Shown: piece by piece, positions 1 to 13,576 of the stretch | Layout of the letters: each line of letters opens with the position of its first letter | How positions within the stretch are numbered: the first letter of the stretch is position 1 | Origin: Lama guanicoe | Taxonomy: Eukaryota | NCBI GenBank assembly: GCA_013239625.1 | Contig: MU053934.1 | Coordinates: forward strand, 4,668,399-4,732,398 | Direction of reading: 5' to 3' | Length of the DNA: 64,000 nucleotides | The notes under the pieces: model-generated | What the model saw: the letters and a program-made list of their open reading frames with translations, nothing else | What the model was told of the DNA's origin: nothing | Database searches by the model: none | Position numbers and translations under genes: made by a program

Positions 1-3000
1 ACACTTTGCTGCTCTTAGAGGGTGAACCAGGCTGGTCACCCAGACTGTGAACCCCCTTCCTCATCTGTGATAGCGATGGGGGCTAACGTGAGGAGAAACA
101 CTGCTGGCAAACAGTTAATGGAAACCCCTGAGTGATGGGTGCAATCGCTGTGAGACCCTCCCTCGCTGTCTCTGAGTTCTGGGCCAGCGGGGCTGGGAAA
201 AAAATAATGCGGAAGGAGGGCCGTGCACATGGGCAGGGTCTGCAGGAGCCAGGTCCTCTAAGGGGCTTCTAGCCCTCAGAGCTCCTGAAGTCCAGGCCTG
301 GCCTCAGAGCTTTTCCAGCTTTTTAGAGCACGAGACCCCCTTCAAGCTACTGGAAACCCCAACACGGGACCCTGTCCGGGTGATCTGTTTCCACTGGAGT
401 TGGGTGGGGGGTGGAAGAGGCTCTGGGGCTCCCTCGGCCTTTCTGGGAACCTTGGGTTTTGTGAAATGCAGTTTTAAGTCACTGCAGCCCAGCCTTGCGC
501 CTAGGGGATTGTAGGGGGTGGGCAGCGGGGCTCACACGGTTACAGGTGCGGGTGGCACGAGCAGAGGGGATCTGGGAAGGTGCAGCTCTCTTGGGCACAG
601 TGCTCTGGTGGCTGGTCTGGGCATGTGCCAGAGCCAGGGAGGCATGTGACCCACAAACGCAGGCCTAGGGACTCCTGCTGGGGGCCGGAGCAGAAGTGAG
701 GGGGCCTTTGCCCTGGGCAAGGCTCAAGGCAGCAGCTTAGACTTTGTTCCTGAACTCCTGAGTGAGAACCCACAGAGGTGGTGGGCAGGTGTGAATCCTG
801 GTCCTCAGCCCCTGTGCCCATTGCCTCACCGCCCAGTCGCCGTTAGGATAATGGAGTAAGGTGAGCGCCACAGCACCTGGCACCCAAAGGCACTCAGTTA
901 AGTGCCAGCTGCCAAGAGGACTGTCATGATGGAGGCGCCACCTCCTGGGAGGAATGTTCCGGGCCCACGGCTCTCCTGCTCTGCCTAGCCCTGCCCAGCT
1001 AGAAGGTGTGGCTGTCTTGACCTCAATAAGGAAGTAAACTGAGTCAGGCTCAGAGAGATGAGGAATCGCAAACTGTAGCAAGGGCCAGGCGGGTCTGCGG
1101 AGGGTTAGAGACCGGTGGTATTTGTAGGCCGGGAATGTAGAGGGCAGAGTTCCGTGAGAGTCTGTTAACGTCAGAAACAAACGGAGACCAGCATTGGGAA
1201 GTTCTTGAGCAGAATGAATCAGCCCAGCCGTGCAAACAAAAGCTCAGCTCAGCTCAGCCCACTTTGTGAGACCAACCCAACCTGGGTCATCCATTCGGGT
1301 GCCTCTGGCAAAATTTCCAAGGTTGATATGAGACAACTTCTCATCAACCCCCCATCACCTGAGAAAATCCCAAAACTATCAGTTTTCTACAAATCAGAAA
1401 ATCAAGTTTCTTAGTCCTTAAGTTTTGTCTCCCTGCCTTGGGATTGCTAACCCAAGAGGGCACCAACCCAGATGGGGGTCTCAGGCTTCTGCCCAAGCAG
1501 CCCCTGAAATTTGGGGAGTATCCTTGCCGCCCTCTCCTCGAGGCCCCCCATGCCCCTCAACAGACTCTGGGCCCTGCTTTGCTGCCATGGCACTGGTTGT
1601 TCCTGACACACAGGCTTTTGTGCCCTTCACCTGATGCCTGGCATACCGTGTCCACTCTGCGAGATGGCTCCTTCTCGACCTTGGGTCTCAGGTGAAATGT
1701 CCTCGCCTCGGGAGGTCCTCCCTGATAGCTGGCATCCTCTGTTGGTCGGTTTTCTCATTTGTCCTCTGTCCCTCCACTGGACTGAGCTCTGTGAGGACCT
1801 CATCTCCCCATCTTGCTCCCTGCGGCTCCTTCAGCTCCACACCCAGGGCTGAACTGCTCTCTCCACCCACCCCAGGACAGGGCAGAGGCACCAGCAGCCC
1901 AACCGCAATCCTTACATTTCCCCAAGACCTGCTCACAGCCCCTGGGTGCCTTCCCTCCACCCTGGCCCAGTGCCCACAGGGTCAAGTCCACGACTGTGTG
2001 GCTCTGCTGGAGACACAGCCAGATCCCTGTGCCTGAAATTCCACCCTAGAGCTTGTCTGTCTGGCGTGCCCCAGACATTCACTGAACATCCGTCTGGGCT
2101 GGGCCCCAGGTTGGACGCAGGGAGCACAGGCTTGGAAAACTCACAGTGTGGGATGGAAGTGGGCAAGGCAGGGGACATGGCCAATAGCACCTGAAGTTTG
2201 CTGTGACAGGGCAGAAGCAGGGGTTGGAGGAGACAGGACCCTCAGTTTGGTGACCCCCAGTCACACTCAGACAGCGGTTTAGGGTTGGGATCAGGGTTGG
2301 GGTACCTTGAGGGGTTCCTGATTTGGGAGCACCTGTTCCCTGTGCCCACAGAGCCCTTTCTGTGGGATGTTTGTATGTCTCTGTGTCGAGCCCCTCTCCC
2401 CAGACCACTCCAGAGTCTCTGCTTCGACCTCAGATGCCTTGGTCTCCCTCCTGTGACGGCGTTCACCACGTGCCCCTCACCAGATGTTTGACTCAGACCT
2501 CTTTGTTCCGCGCCCTTTAGATATGTGAACTCCTCCCCACAGTCCTGTGACGTGGATACCCTCACATCCCCATTTCACTGATAAGGAAGCTGAGGCCCAG
2601 GGAAATGGAGAACCCCTGCCGTCTGGCTGCAGGGTCTGAAAACTGTCTCAGGTGGCCTCTGTGCAGAACAAAGTCCAGGCCCCAGACCCAGGCTTGGGTC
2701 AGTGTATGTCCTGGCCTCACACGGACCACCTGCACCAGCTTGTCCTTCACGACTCTGTTTCTGCTCTTCCTCCTTCGCAGACTTTCCCTGGGTCCCACCT
2801 TCAGGCCCAGCTCTTGGCCCCGGGATGTCAGGCGGCCCCTCAGAGCTGTGTCCCTCCTCCCTCCATCAACCAGTATTTAGCAAGTGCCTCAGTAATAGCT
2901 CACCACCATCCCTCACCAAGGCCCTGTGTGCCAGGCTGGACGCGCCAGGCTGCCTCCTCACTCCAGCACCCCTGCTGTCCTGATGCACATCCTCCCCTCA

Positions 3001-3086
3001 GCTCCTCCCGCTGCCTCCTCCACTGCTCCCACGGGGCTGATGCAGCAGACCCGGCTCCCTGCCTCTGTTCTCCATGTTCAGTCTAA

Positions 3087-3228
3087 ACCTGTGCAGTCCA
3101 GTGCAGTGACCACCACCACACGTGGCTATTAAAACTAAAATTTAAACTATTAATTAGTTACAATTTCCTGTCAATTTCAAGTGCTCAGTAGCCACGTGTG
3201 GCTAGTAGCTGGTGTGTTGGACAGCCTG
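3087..3228. mobile_element. MER3/MER33-like hAT-Charlie MITE
   Basis: Inverted arms (CACACGTGGCTA / TAGCCACGTGTG) around an AT-rich core, plus TTTCAAGTGCTCAGTAGCCAC and a TTGGACAGC end. Confidence 0.7.
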
Positions 3229-5316
3229 GGCCTAGAATTCCTGGGAATTGAGGGTCATGGTACACCAGACCCTCCTTCGGCCAAGCCATTTGTGTTCAGC
3301 CTGGGGCAGGACTCCCAAGTCTGCAGCCCCACTGGACCCCAGGTTTGCCTGTCAGGAGGTGCAGGATGCTTGGGAAATCTCGGTTTCCATCTGCTTCATT
3401 CCCACAAGCTCTGGATGGATGAGTGAGTAGCTTAACCTCTTGAAGCCTCTGTTTCCTTATCTGCAAAATGGAGACACACATACCTTCCTCCAGTGTTGGC
3501 CCCATGAATTGGCCCCTAATTTCTCTCCAGCCCATGCATCGGCAGCTCCTGGCTCATGGCAGGTCCTGAGTAAATGTCCGCTAGCAGCCTGGATGATGTG
3601 CTGGCTGTAGAGTAACCCCTGCTTGTAGGCTTGTCCCTTGTGGAGCCTGCCTGATGGATATGAACCAAAGGAATGAATAAAACAATGAGAGGTGAAGGAA
3701 TAAACACAGCGTCAGCTATTTCTTGCTGTTTCAGAGTTTTCAGAGTTCTTACCAGAACTCTGAAATCTATCATATTCGGTAGCCACCTCCTCTGCCCATC
3801 TCTGCATGTGAGGTTATGGAACCTCACATTGGAAGGACCCTTATTTAGTCCCGGAATTGTTGGGGAGGTATTTGCTTTCTTGTGATGCCTGAGATGCTGA
3901 TCGGCTCTGCTTAATTAACCCCAAGGAAGAAACTGGAAGCAGTAGCAGAAGGCTGATTTAGGCCAATAGGAAGAAGAATTTCTATCAGCCCAAATGGAAT
4001 GGGCGTCACTAACAACTGGACAAGCAAAGGCCAGGTGGGCACTTGGCAGGGGCACTGGCCTGGGGTGAAGGTTTGGATGAGTTCTTCAAACTTCCATGGG
4101 GCTCCAGATTTCTCAGGTCTGGCCTTGGTTCTGCAAGCCAAATGAGTCACTGAGAATGCCCTACAAGGTGATGGGTGCCAGTCAGTAGTAAGCAGCCCCC
4201 CAGTTGGCCCAGTCCTTTAACAAAGCTGGCCAGGAGCAAGGCCTACCACATTTAGAGAGGTCATCCGCATTTGATCATCTGGCAAGGAAACCCAAATGGA
4301 AGGAAACAGGCATTTTTAGAGCATCTACAAAATGCCAGGCTCCAATACAAGATGCTTTGGTACTATGGTTCATCCAAGTCTCCCACAGGACTGCAGGGAG
4401 AGTCTATCTTCCTTCTATATCTGGGAAGACCAAGGCTCAGAGAGGCTAAGTAACTTGCCTAAGATCCCACAGCTAGTAAGTTACAGCACTAAGATTCAAA
4501 CCAAATCCTCCTGACTTCCAGTAGCAATGGAGGCCAGTGCTCACTGAGCACCAGCTGTATGCTTAGGCACAATTACTAGCCTTTTGCGTGGATTAACTCA
4601 TTTGATTCTCACAGCAACTTCATGAGATAGGAACTGTTATACCTTCATTTTATGGAGAAGGGGAACTGAGGCATTGTGGAGTAACTTGCCAAGGTCAGAG
4701 GCAGTGTTCAGATCCGACATCATAACCACTGGCCTCCACTATGTGTTTAGGGCTGCTGAGCACAACAGAATTTGCTGCAAAGGTGCCTTGCCCCCCGCCC
4801 CCTCCTCCTCACAAAGCCAGGCAGAGTCCTGGAGTAACATGAGGCAGGACCGGGATGGAGTGGAAAGCAGACTTAAGTTCAAAGTCAAGATGCCCTTTGA
4901 AGCAGAGGGAGAGATGGTGCGGGTCCATATGAAGGTACTCTTGGGTTGGGGTTGTAGATGGGCCGTTTCCTGCCAGGAGTGGAGACAGGGTGGGCTGTGC
5001 AACCTCCAAGGTTTCCCCCATGGATATCCAAGGGTGCCCCGAGCACCTAGTAGGTGTTGGAGCTGTTCGCTGTTGGACAGAGACCACAGCTGGCCCCTTC
5101 TCCCAGTCAGAGGAGTGCCCTGTGGCTGTCGCAGAGCTGAGGACACCAGGGATCAGGTCTTGTGAGGCAGGTGGGGAAGGGGGCCTGAGGGTGGCAGATA
5201 GGGGAAGTAGCCTGTAGGACAGGAGCTGTTGAATCACAGAGGAGGCTGGCAGGGGCCAGGACCAAGGGCCAAGGACACCCCAGGCCTGAGCTAGGACCCT
5301 GGTCAGCGCACGTGAA

Positions 5317-5337
5317 CTCAGGACCACGGAGAGCTCC
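5317..5337 (+). promoter_or_regulatory. Candidate RE1/NRSE (REST) site in MGAT3 intron 1
   Basis: CTCAGGACCACGGAGAGCTCC matches the consensus TTCAGCACCACGGACAGCGCC at 17/21 positions with canonical half-site spacing. Confidence 0.5.
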
Positions 5338-8300
5338 ACGGGAGCCTCCCGTCACCCTGGTGACAGCTGTCAGGGTGTGCCTGCACCTGGGAGGCTGCTG
5401 CCCATCTGGCCAGTCCCAGAATTACAGCCCGTAGCCTCCAGGGAGCATCTGTCTTCTCTCTGGCCAGGAGACCCCACTGGACTCAGCCTGAGCCCAGACC
5501 CCAGGGTCATGGCTGGGTGGTGGGGTTTGGGCTCATTTGCTTCCTTCTCTCTCATCTCATAAGCTTATCAAGCAGAGCCCAAAGAAAGAGGTCACAAGAA
5601 GGGAGAAGTGGGAAGAGGGAGAGAAAGAAGAAAATCTGCCCAGCTGGAACCTTCTGGGCATGGCCACAGGAACAGGAGGCCCAGAGTGGGCTGGCCCTGC
5701 CACCATCCTGGCTCAGAGTCAGCCTCCTGCATCCATGATTATCTGACTACCAGGAAGCACCCAGCTCATCCCACCCCCCAACCTCCACACAGGAGACCCC
5801 GGGTCCCTGGGGTTGGGTGCAACTCACAGAGTATGTGTGGAGTGGGCAGTGGGGGGGGCGTCATTCTAGGGAGGCTCCCAGCGAGCCTCATGGTTCTTCC
5901 CTGAAGCACCAGGAAGTAGGGTACCATTTCCCAGCCCAGCCCGCGTCAGGCTCAGGCTCTGTCCGGATTCCACTTGCTCCACTTGAGGACCCTCCCTCCA
6001 CCCCTTGCTGCTCTTAAACAAGACAGCACCTGCCAGGGCCCCACCTCTGAGCCTTTGCTCCAGCTGCACCCCCACCTGAAGGCTCTCACTACTTTTCTTC
6101 CAGGTGGGGAAATGACAGTAGCAACAAGAAGAGCTAAAGATTATTGGGCACTTACTCTGTGCTAGGCATTTGACGTGGATTATTATTGAACCCTCATTTT
6201 ATAGATGAGAAAAAGGAGGAAGATCATTAACCTGCCCAAAGCCACACAGATAGGAAATGGCAGAGCCAGGATTTGAACTGTTTGGTTAGGTTCTAAAGTC
6301 AGTGTACATGCAAGTGACAGTGAGCACGTGGAGGTGGCCCAGGACGACGTAGGTGCTCTTGTTGATAACCTGCTGTTCCAGCTGTCTGTCCAGCGGGAGA
6401 GACAGACTTCTGGGGAGACGGGCTCAGCATGGCGAGCATGGGGACAGGCTGGGGCTGTGTTTTGGTCTCTCCAATCCGGTGTCACATTTAAAGTGGGCAG
6501 GGTAGCACTTAGAGGACCCTGCAGACACAGAGCTGCCTTGAAGCCCAGCTCTGCCGTTTACCATCTCCATGGAGGCTGTTGAGGGGTGGACTCCACCCCA
6601 GTCAAAGGCTGGTCCACCTTTCAGGCCCTAGAGACACTAAATTTGACTCCTCGCTCACATTTCACATCCAGGTCATTGACAAATCTTGCAGAATCCCACC
6701 GCTTCCTGCACTTCCGCCTCTGGCCCAGGCAGGGCAGTGGCCTCCTTGATGCTCTCCCTGCTCTGCTCTTGAAGTGACAGTCTGCTCTCTGCAGAACAGC
6801 CCAGGTGAGCTTGTTCAAACCGGAGGCTCTGCTCAGAATCCCCCTGCAAAAGCCGTGCTTCCAGCCACAGTCCCAGGCCCTGTGTGATCTGGTCCATCCA
6901 TCTCCCTCGCTCTGCCCTCCTCACTCACAGCAGATGCTCTCCTGGGTGCTGGCTGTTCTTCTGCCTGGAATCTGCTGCCCCTGCACCCTTGTCTTCTGGT
7001 CTCACTCTTCTCAGTGAGGCCTGCCCTGATCACCCAATTGTCCCCAAATCTGCCGCCTTCTATCCTTTACCCTGTTTTATTTTTCTCCAGAGGACGACTC
7101 TTTCTAAGTATGATATGATTGGATTCGTTTAATTTTAGTTGCCCCACCAACCCCATGCCTGCCCCACAGGGCGGGGGTTCTCATTGGCCTTGTCTCATGG
7201 CTCCTGGGGCCAGTGCGGTGCCTGGTACCCAGCAAACTCTCAGTAAATAGTGGCTGAGAGAATGGGGGAGACAAACTGGGAGACACCCTGTGGGGGGTTG
7301 TGTGGGTCAAATGCACTGATGGCTGTTCCATCCACTGGCTGTCTTCACTGGTCCCCGGTGGATTCTCTATGGGGCCCCTATCACCCCACTTGAATTGAAC
7401 TTGGAGATGGAAGGGGCCCAGGACAGCTTTACCACTGGGTGAAATTTGACTATTGATCCCACAGAATTGAGTCTGACCCTTAATAACTAATTGTGTGTCA
7501 CTGAGCAAGTTGTGTCATCTCTCTGGCCGCACCCTCCTCATCCATAAATGGGGATGACAGTGGTACCTGCTTTGTGTTGGGAGCATTCAGTGAGAATGTG
7601 CATGTAATGTGCCCAGGACAGTAGCTGGCCTGTTAAGTGTCAGCGACTATCAGCTTTATTGTTCCCAATGACGCTTTATAACAGGTGAAAATGCTGGAGC
7701 TGGGGCCTAATTTCGTTCCATGGCTTTAGCCCATAGCCAGGCCACCTGAATCAGGCAGGGCTGTGGTCTCACCTATAAGGAGGGAGAGGCTGGCTTGGGC
7801 ACAGAATGTATGTTCAGGTCCTGGCTCGGCCACCTTCTTAATGTCCTTTGGGGAAAGTCTCGTCATCTTTCTGAGTCTCGATTTCCACATCTGTAAAAAT
7901 AGGGTGATCATAATCCTCATCCTCCTAGTGTGGATGAGACTTACAGGAGACCCTGGGTGCTGGTGCTTATTTTATTTATTCAGTTTCTTCTTTATATGCC
8001 ACTCAGTCTAAAAAAATGTATTTGAAGCGCTTATCAAATTACTTAAAGGTAAGATAAAAAGGGATCAGGCCAAGAAGAGTAGGAGTTGAAAAACCACAGG
8101 CAGCCGTGAGTGAAGGTGTCCCAGAACACATGGCTGTGAGGCACTAACTTGCTCTGGGCCAACCACCATGAGTATTTGAGCCTCCTAGCAGCCTAAGCGA
8201 TGAGGGAGACACACTCAGTTCCATGATCCTTGGCAGCAAGCTATGCTGGGGCCTCACCAAGTGGCCTCACCCTGAAGGCCCCAGTGATTAAGAGGGGGAT

Positions 8301-9734
8301 CCAGACACTGGTGAGTCTGTCCTCCAAAGGGTACAGGTGGCCAGGTGTAACCAAATCCCGAAGGCCAGCCTAGACAGGGAGCAGCTGGGTCACTGTGACC
8401 TCGTCAGGGCCATAGGGGCCCTTTACTCTAAGCAGGGTATTCACTTTCCTCCCTGAGTTTCTCATACCTTCCTGAGGCCTTTGTTCATTGCTGCTGGGGG
8501 ATTCAGTCTGAGTGGCTGCCTTGGGCATGCCCTTTACAGCTCATAGCCAGTTCAGTCCAACAAGGGCTGAGAATGGGGTGCCCCACAAAGAGAGGCTCCA
8601 AGTGGGGAAAAATAATACACCAGAAGGATCAGGGCTGCCTTGCTGGGTCCTGAAAGCCCTCGGGCAGGTCACTCTGGAGGCTTCTGCTGTGCTGACCTCA
8701 GTTTGCAGTGTTGCCTTATGCCTGGTCTTTGCCCCAGCAAGAGCTCCTGTTTGCCGGCTCCTGCTGGGCCTTGGCCCTTTGCACTTCCACTCACCCTGCT
8801 GGCCTGGTCTGCCTGGTCTCACTTTGCCAGAGCAGGGCTGGAATCCCTTGTGGGGCGAGGAGCCTGGAAGATCCACTTCAAAGTGTTGCCAAGGAGCAGC
8901 CTTGCCTCCAGCCTTCCTAAAAACCAGTGGAGACGAGCCTTATCACTGCCCTGGGACCGCTGACATTTAGCAGGGATCAGGCCCCCACTCTTGATTGTCC
9001 AGCCTGCCTGCAGTCAGCTGTGCCATCCCCTGCAGGGGGTCAACATAAACTGGAGGAGGTGGGACATCTGGGATCTGATAGCACAAGTACCACCCTGGCT
9101 GGCGGGATTGGCAGCTCCACTGTTCCTCATTAGCTTGCTCAGGACTCCTCCCCAAGGTGAGGCCGGGAACGATGGTCCTCCTCTACAACATGAAAGGGCT
9201 GGAGGAGATGATCCTTAAAATTTGTTCTAAATCAAACATTTCATGATTCTGCGCTTATGACCATGCAGCTTAGAGAAAATTATTTTGGACTCCCCCAGCC
9301 CCAAGCTTTGAAAGAAACGAAAGTTTATTGGGCACTGGCTGCATACCAGGCACTCTGTACCCATTTCACAGATGTATCAACTGAGGTTCAGAATGGTGAG
9401 GAGCCTCGCTTAAGTTAGGAAATGAAGGGGAGAGTATGGCAGGAAGGCACCCAAATGACCCGGAGAAAGAAGCAGAGACGTAAGAAGACACAGAAAGGAA
9501 CATTTTGAGGGAAAGAAGGACAGTGTCCTGCTCACAGGGATCTACCAGAAGGGGAAATGGAAACACTGGATGCCGAAGGTCAGTTTCTGTCCTAGCCCCT
9601 CCTGTGACTCAGTAGCTCACCCCAACCAAGTCACTGGTCTGATTTGGCCAAATGGGTGTAACCTCCTGGCCTGCCTGCCCACCTTCCTGGGCTGTATCGT
9701 TAGAGTCAGAAGTGCTCTCTTGCTGCACAGAGAG

Positions 9735-10365
9735 TTTAGTTGATAGTATGGAGTTTAGTTAATAGTAATGTGCCCTTTCCCTTCTAGTGACCTTGTACCA
9801 TGGACAGTAAAGTGTTAACACTAGGGAAGACTGGATGAGGAGTGTAAGGGAACCCTTTGTACTATCTTTGCAAGTTTTCCTAATAAACTATAAATATTCT
9901 AACATAGAAAGTTTATTAAAATTATAAACAATATACAAGGCTGTCCATTCCACAGCCATAAACTAATTAATAAATTAAACTGTTAATGAATAGAGAATGG
10001 TTATATTTATGGATCCCTCATAAATAGTGATTCATTCCAAATGACCATGGAATATTATGTGAGATTTAAAAGGAAATGGTATATTTATTTCTACTGATAC
10101 GAAAATCTCTTTAATCTGTCATTGATTGAGGAAAACAACTTGATTGGACATAGTGTCCAATATGATAGTATTCACGAAAAATATTAAACTGAGAACAAAA
10201 ATATAGCATGTAAAACCATGGCTATACCTCAAACAAATGAACTACTTATGCCTAGGTATCAGTCTAGTGCCTGGCGTGGGGTAATGAAGGGGAACGCTTA
10301 CTTAATTTTGTTCTATAAATATGTTAGACTTAAAAATGTTCACTTGAAACCTGTGAATTTTTTTC
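9735..10365 (+). mobile_element. Old L1M (L1MC/ME-like) 3' fragments
   Basis: AT-rich block containing GGGAACCCTTTGTACTATCTTTGCAAGTTTTC and GGAATATTATG...TTTAAAAGGAA, typical of L1 3' UTRs. Confidence 0.55.
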
Positions 10366-10978
10366 AGTGAAAAAGGTACGTAAAAGATTTGTTAATATAG
10401 CCACAAAAAAGATAGCTAAAGAGACAGATAGATGGACAGATAGACCAGGAAAGCACCCCAAGCATTACAGGGAAGGGACCCCATGTCGTCAGCAGCCTGC
10501 AGCCGCTCCCTCCCTCTCTTGGGGCCTGTAAGGCCCCTGGGGCAGATTCTTTACTGCAGGGTTGAGCTTTCCCAGGATGCATTTTGTTCTTGGAGCAAAG
10601 CCTAACAATGCAATTGGTACTGTCAGGGTTGGGTGGGCCAGGTGGAGGAGCGGGTTGCAGAGGGGGATGTGTGGTGACCTGGTGGTCTGGGAGGGGAAGA
10701 GTTGTGGGAGCAGGAGGGGTCCTGAGCCAGGAGGGGCTTCCTGGATGCTGGGCCTTCCGGGGGTACTTGGTACAGTGAGTTAGACTCACAGGCTTGGCTC
10801 CTGGAGGAGTCACCTAGAGGTGACTTCATGCAGGGGCCCCAGGCACTGGCCACGACATTCCCAAGCACGGGGGCAGCAAAGGCCTCCCCAGCCCGTTCCT
10901 TAGGAGAAGAGCGTCAGGCTCCCCTTGCCCGGGTCTGCAGACCCGTGACCCATCTGCTCTCTCCCTCTCTCCTGCAGG

Positions 10979-12580
10979 ATGAAGATGAGACGCTACAAGC
11001 TCTTTCTCATGTTCTGTATGGCCGGCCTGTGCCTCATCTCCTTTCTGCACTTCTTTAAGACCCTGTCCTATGTCACCTTTCCCCGAGAACTGGCCTCACT
11101 CAGCCCTAATCTGGTTTCCAGTTTCTTCTGGAACAATGCCCCGGTCACACCGCAGTCTAGCCCGGAGCCAGGTAGCCCCGACCTGCTGCGAACCCCACTC
11201 TATTCCCACTCGCCCCTGCTGCAGCCATTGTCACCAAGCAAGGCCGCCGAGGAACTCCACCGGATGAACTTTGTGCTACCCGAGGACACCACCGAGTATT
11301 TCGTCCGCACCAAAGCGGGAGGCGTCTGCTTCAAGCCAGGTACTAAGATGCTGGAGAAGCCCCCATCGGGGCGGCCAGAGGACAAGGCGGAAGCGGGCGA
11401 AGGCTCGTCGGCGCGGGGCCCGGCCCGGCACCTGCTGAGCACCCGGGAGCGGTCGGGGGGCCGTGGCGGGCGGCGCAAGTGGGTGGAGTGCGTGTGCCTG
11501 CCGGGCTGGCACGGGCCGAGCTGCGGCGTGCCCACCGTGGTGCAGTACTCCAACCTGCCCACCAAGGAGCGCCTGGTGCCCAGGGAGGTGCCGCGGCGGG
11601 TCATCAACGCCATCAACATCAACCACGAGTTCGACCTGTTGGACGTGCGCTTCCACGAGCTGGGCGACGTGGTGGACGCCTTCGTGGTGTGCGAGTCCAA
11701 CTTCACCGCCTACGGGGAGCCGCGGCCACTCAAGTTCCGCGAGATGCTGACCAACGGCACCTTCGAGTACATCCGGCACAAGGTGCTCTACGTCTTCCTG
11801 GACCACTTCCCGCTGGGCGGGCGGCAGGACGGCTGGATCGCCGACGACTACCTGCGCACCTTCCTGACGCAGGACGGCGTGTCGCGGCTGCGCAACCTGC
11901 GGCCCGACGACGTCTTCATCATCGACGACGCCGACGAGATCCCCGCGCGCGACGGCGTGCTCTTCCTCAAGCTCTACGACGGCTGGACGGAGCCCTTCGC
12001 CTTCCACATGCGCAAGTCGCTGTACGGCTTCTTCTGGAAGCAGCCGGGCACCCTGGAGGTGGTGTCGGGCTGCACGGTGGACATGCTGCAGACGGTGTAC
12101 GGGCTGGACGGCATCCGCCTGCGCCGCCGTCAGTACTACACGATGCCCAACTTCCGCCAGTACGAGAACCGCACGGGCCACATCCTGGTGCAGTGGTCTC
12201 TGGGCAGCCCCCTGCACTTCGCCGGCTGGCACTGCTCCTGGTGCTTCACGCCCGAGGGCATCTACTTCAAGCTCGTGTCCGCCCAGAACGGCGACTTCCC
12301 CCGCTGGGGTGACTACGAGGACAAGCGGGACCTCAATTACATCCGGGGCTTGATCCGCACGGGGGGCTGGTTCGACGGCACACAGCAGGAGTACCCGCCG
12401 GCCAACCCCAGCGAACACATGTACGCCCCTAAGTACCTGCTCAAGAACTATGACCAGTTCCGCTACCTGCTGGACAACCCCTACCAGGAACCCAAGAGCA
12501 CAGCGGCAGGTGGGCGGAGGAACAAGGGTCCTGAGGGAAGGCCACTGGCCAGGGGCAAGTTGGACGTGGTTGAAGGCTAG
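10979..12580 (+). CDS. MGAT3: Beta-1,4-mannosyl-glycoprotein 4-beta-N-acetylglucosaminyltransferase (GnT-III), 533 aa, single coding exon
   Basis: The ORF has an N-terminal type II TM anchor (LFLMFCMAGLCLISFLHFF), a Pro-rich stem and a GT17 catalytic domain with IIDDADEIP (DxD). A pyrimidine tract and AG acceptor end at 10977, one base before the ATG, so exon 1 lies upstream of or outside the coding region. Confidence 0.98.
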   Translation: MKMRRYKLFLMFCMAGLCLISFLHFFKTLSYVTFPRELASLSPNLVSSFFWNNAPVTPQSSPEPGSPDLLRTPLYSHSPLLQPLSPSKAAEELHRMNFVLPEDTTEYFVRTKAGGVCFKPGTKMLEKPPSGRPEDKAEAGEGSSARGPARHLLSTRERSGGRGGRRKWVECVCLPGWHGPSCGVPTVVQYSNLPTKERLVPREVPRRVINAININHEFDLLDVRFHELGDVVDAFVVCESNFTAYGEPRPLKFREMLTNGTFEYIRHKVLYVFLDHFPLGGRQDGWIADDYLRTFLTQDGVSRLRNLRPDDVFIIDDADEIPARDGVLFLKLYDGWTEPFAFHMRKSLYGFFWKQPGTLEVVSGCTVDMLQTVYGLDGIRLRRRQYYTMPNFRQYENRTGHILVQWSLGSPLHFAGWHCSWCFTPEGIYFKLVSAQNGDFPRWGDYEDKRDLNYIRGLIRTGGWFDGTQQEYPPANPSEHMYAPKYLLKNYDQFRYLLDNPYQEPKSTAAGGRRNKGPEGRPLARGKLDVVEG

Positions 12581-13576
12581 GGTGCATGATCTTACAGGGC
12601 CAGCAGCAGAGTCAGGGTCACGGCTGCCCCTCTTGTTACCTTTCTGCCTCCTTCTGCAGTCTGGGTGGTTCTTGTGAGGACCCTGCATGGATGGGCAGGG
12701 GAGTCTTCCCTCCTCCGGCCCTTGTGAATCCAGGGTCAGGCCTGTGGGCTCAGAAAACATCCTTGTCAGGAGAGGAGAGCAGGCCCTTCCACTCACTAAG
12801 AGTGCTATGGCCAGGAGGGGCCAACAGAGAGTGCATGACGGTTACTGGGGAGCAGGGGAGGGCGGGCAGGGTGGGGAAGGGAGCCTGCAGGAACTACCGG
12901 GGCAGCTGAGCAGAGCTGCCTTCCTGTTGAGGAGAAGCCTACCATTTGGCCTCCTGGGGCTTTGGACCCGTAGTGGGAAAGGGTGGATGCCAGGAGATCC
13001 CAGGGCTCTGTAAATAGGTGCATTTGGGTCCAGGAGGAAGAGGGGACACCCAGGTGGGAGAGCATGAAAAGTGGCATCCAGCTGATGGGTGCTCTCTAGT
13101 GTCCTCAGGAGTTCTGGGCCGGAGGGAGCAGGAACGCCACCCACCTGCCCCACATACACACTGTGCGGGATGGTGCCTGTGCTCCCTAGCCCCTCCCAAG
13201 CTGACACAGGTGTGGGGCCTGGGGAAGCTTTTGGTTCCAAACCTGGCCTTGACATTCCTTCTTACTTTATATCTCACTGTCTTGTCGGCTGCCCACCCAA
13301 TCTTTGTAAGGCCAGGAGTTCAGTTCTCAGGGCGGGATGGGACCATCAGCCAGCTTAGTAGGTCAGACCTCTGGGGAGGAGGCTCCCCATCACCCCTTCC
13401 CACTGGAACCCACAGCCCCAGCTTTCCACTGTCTCAGGTGGAGTCACCCATGTGCCCCTTCTTGGGGCTGGTTAGGGGCCAGGAAAGGGCCACTAGGATG
13501 CCCTGGGCCCAAGGGGGACCTTAAAGCCAGTTGTATGTCATCTCATTCCTTAGTTTGCCTCACAGGGGCAGGGGAT

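Noticed and set aside
11276..12796. 506-aa antisense ORF (and 277-aa alternate-frame ORF 11479-12312) over MGAT3
   Set aside because: Expected shadow of extreme GC3 codon bias, which removes stops in other frames. No recognisable domain.
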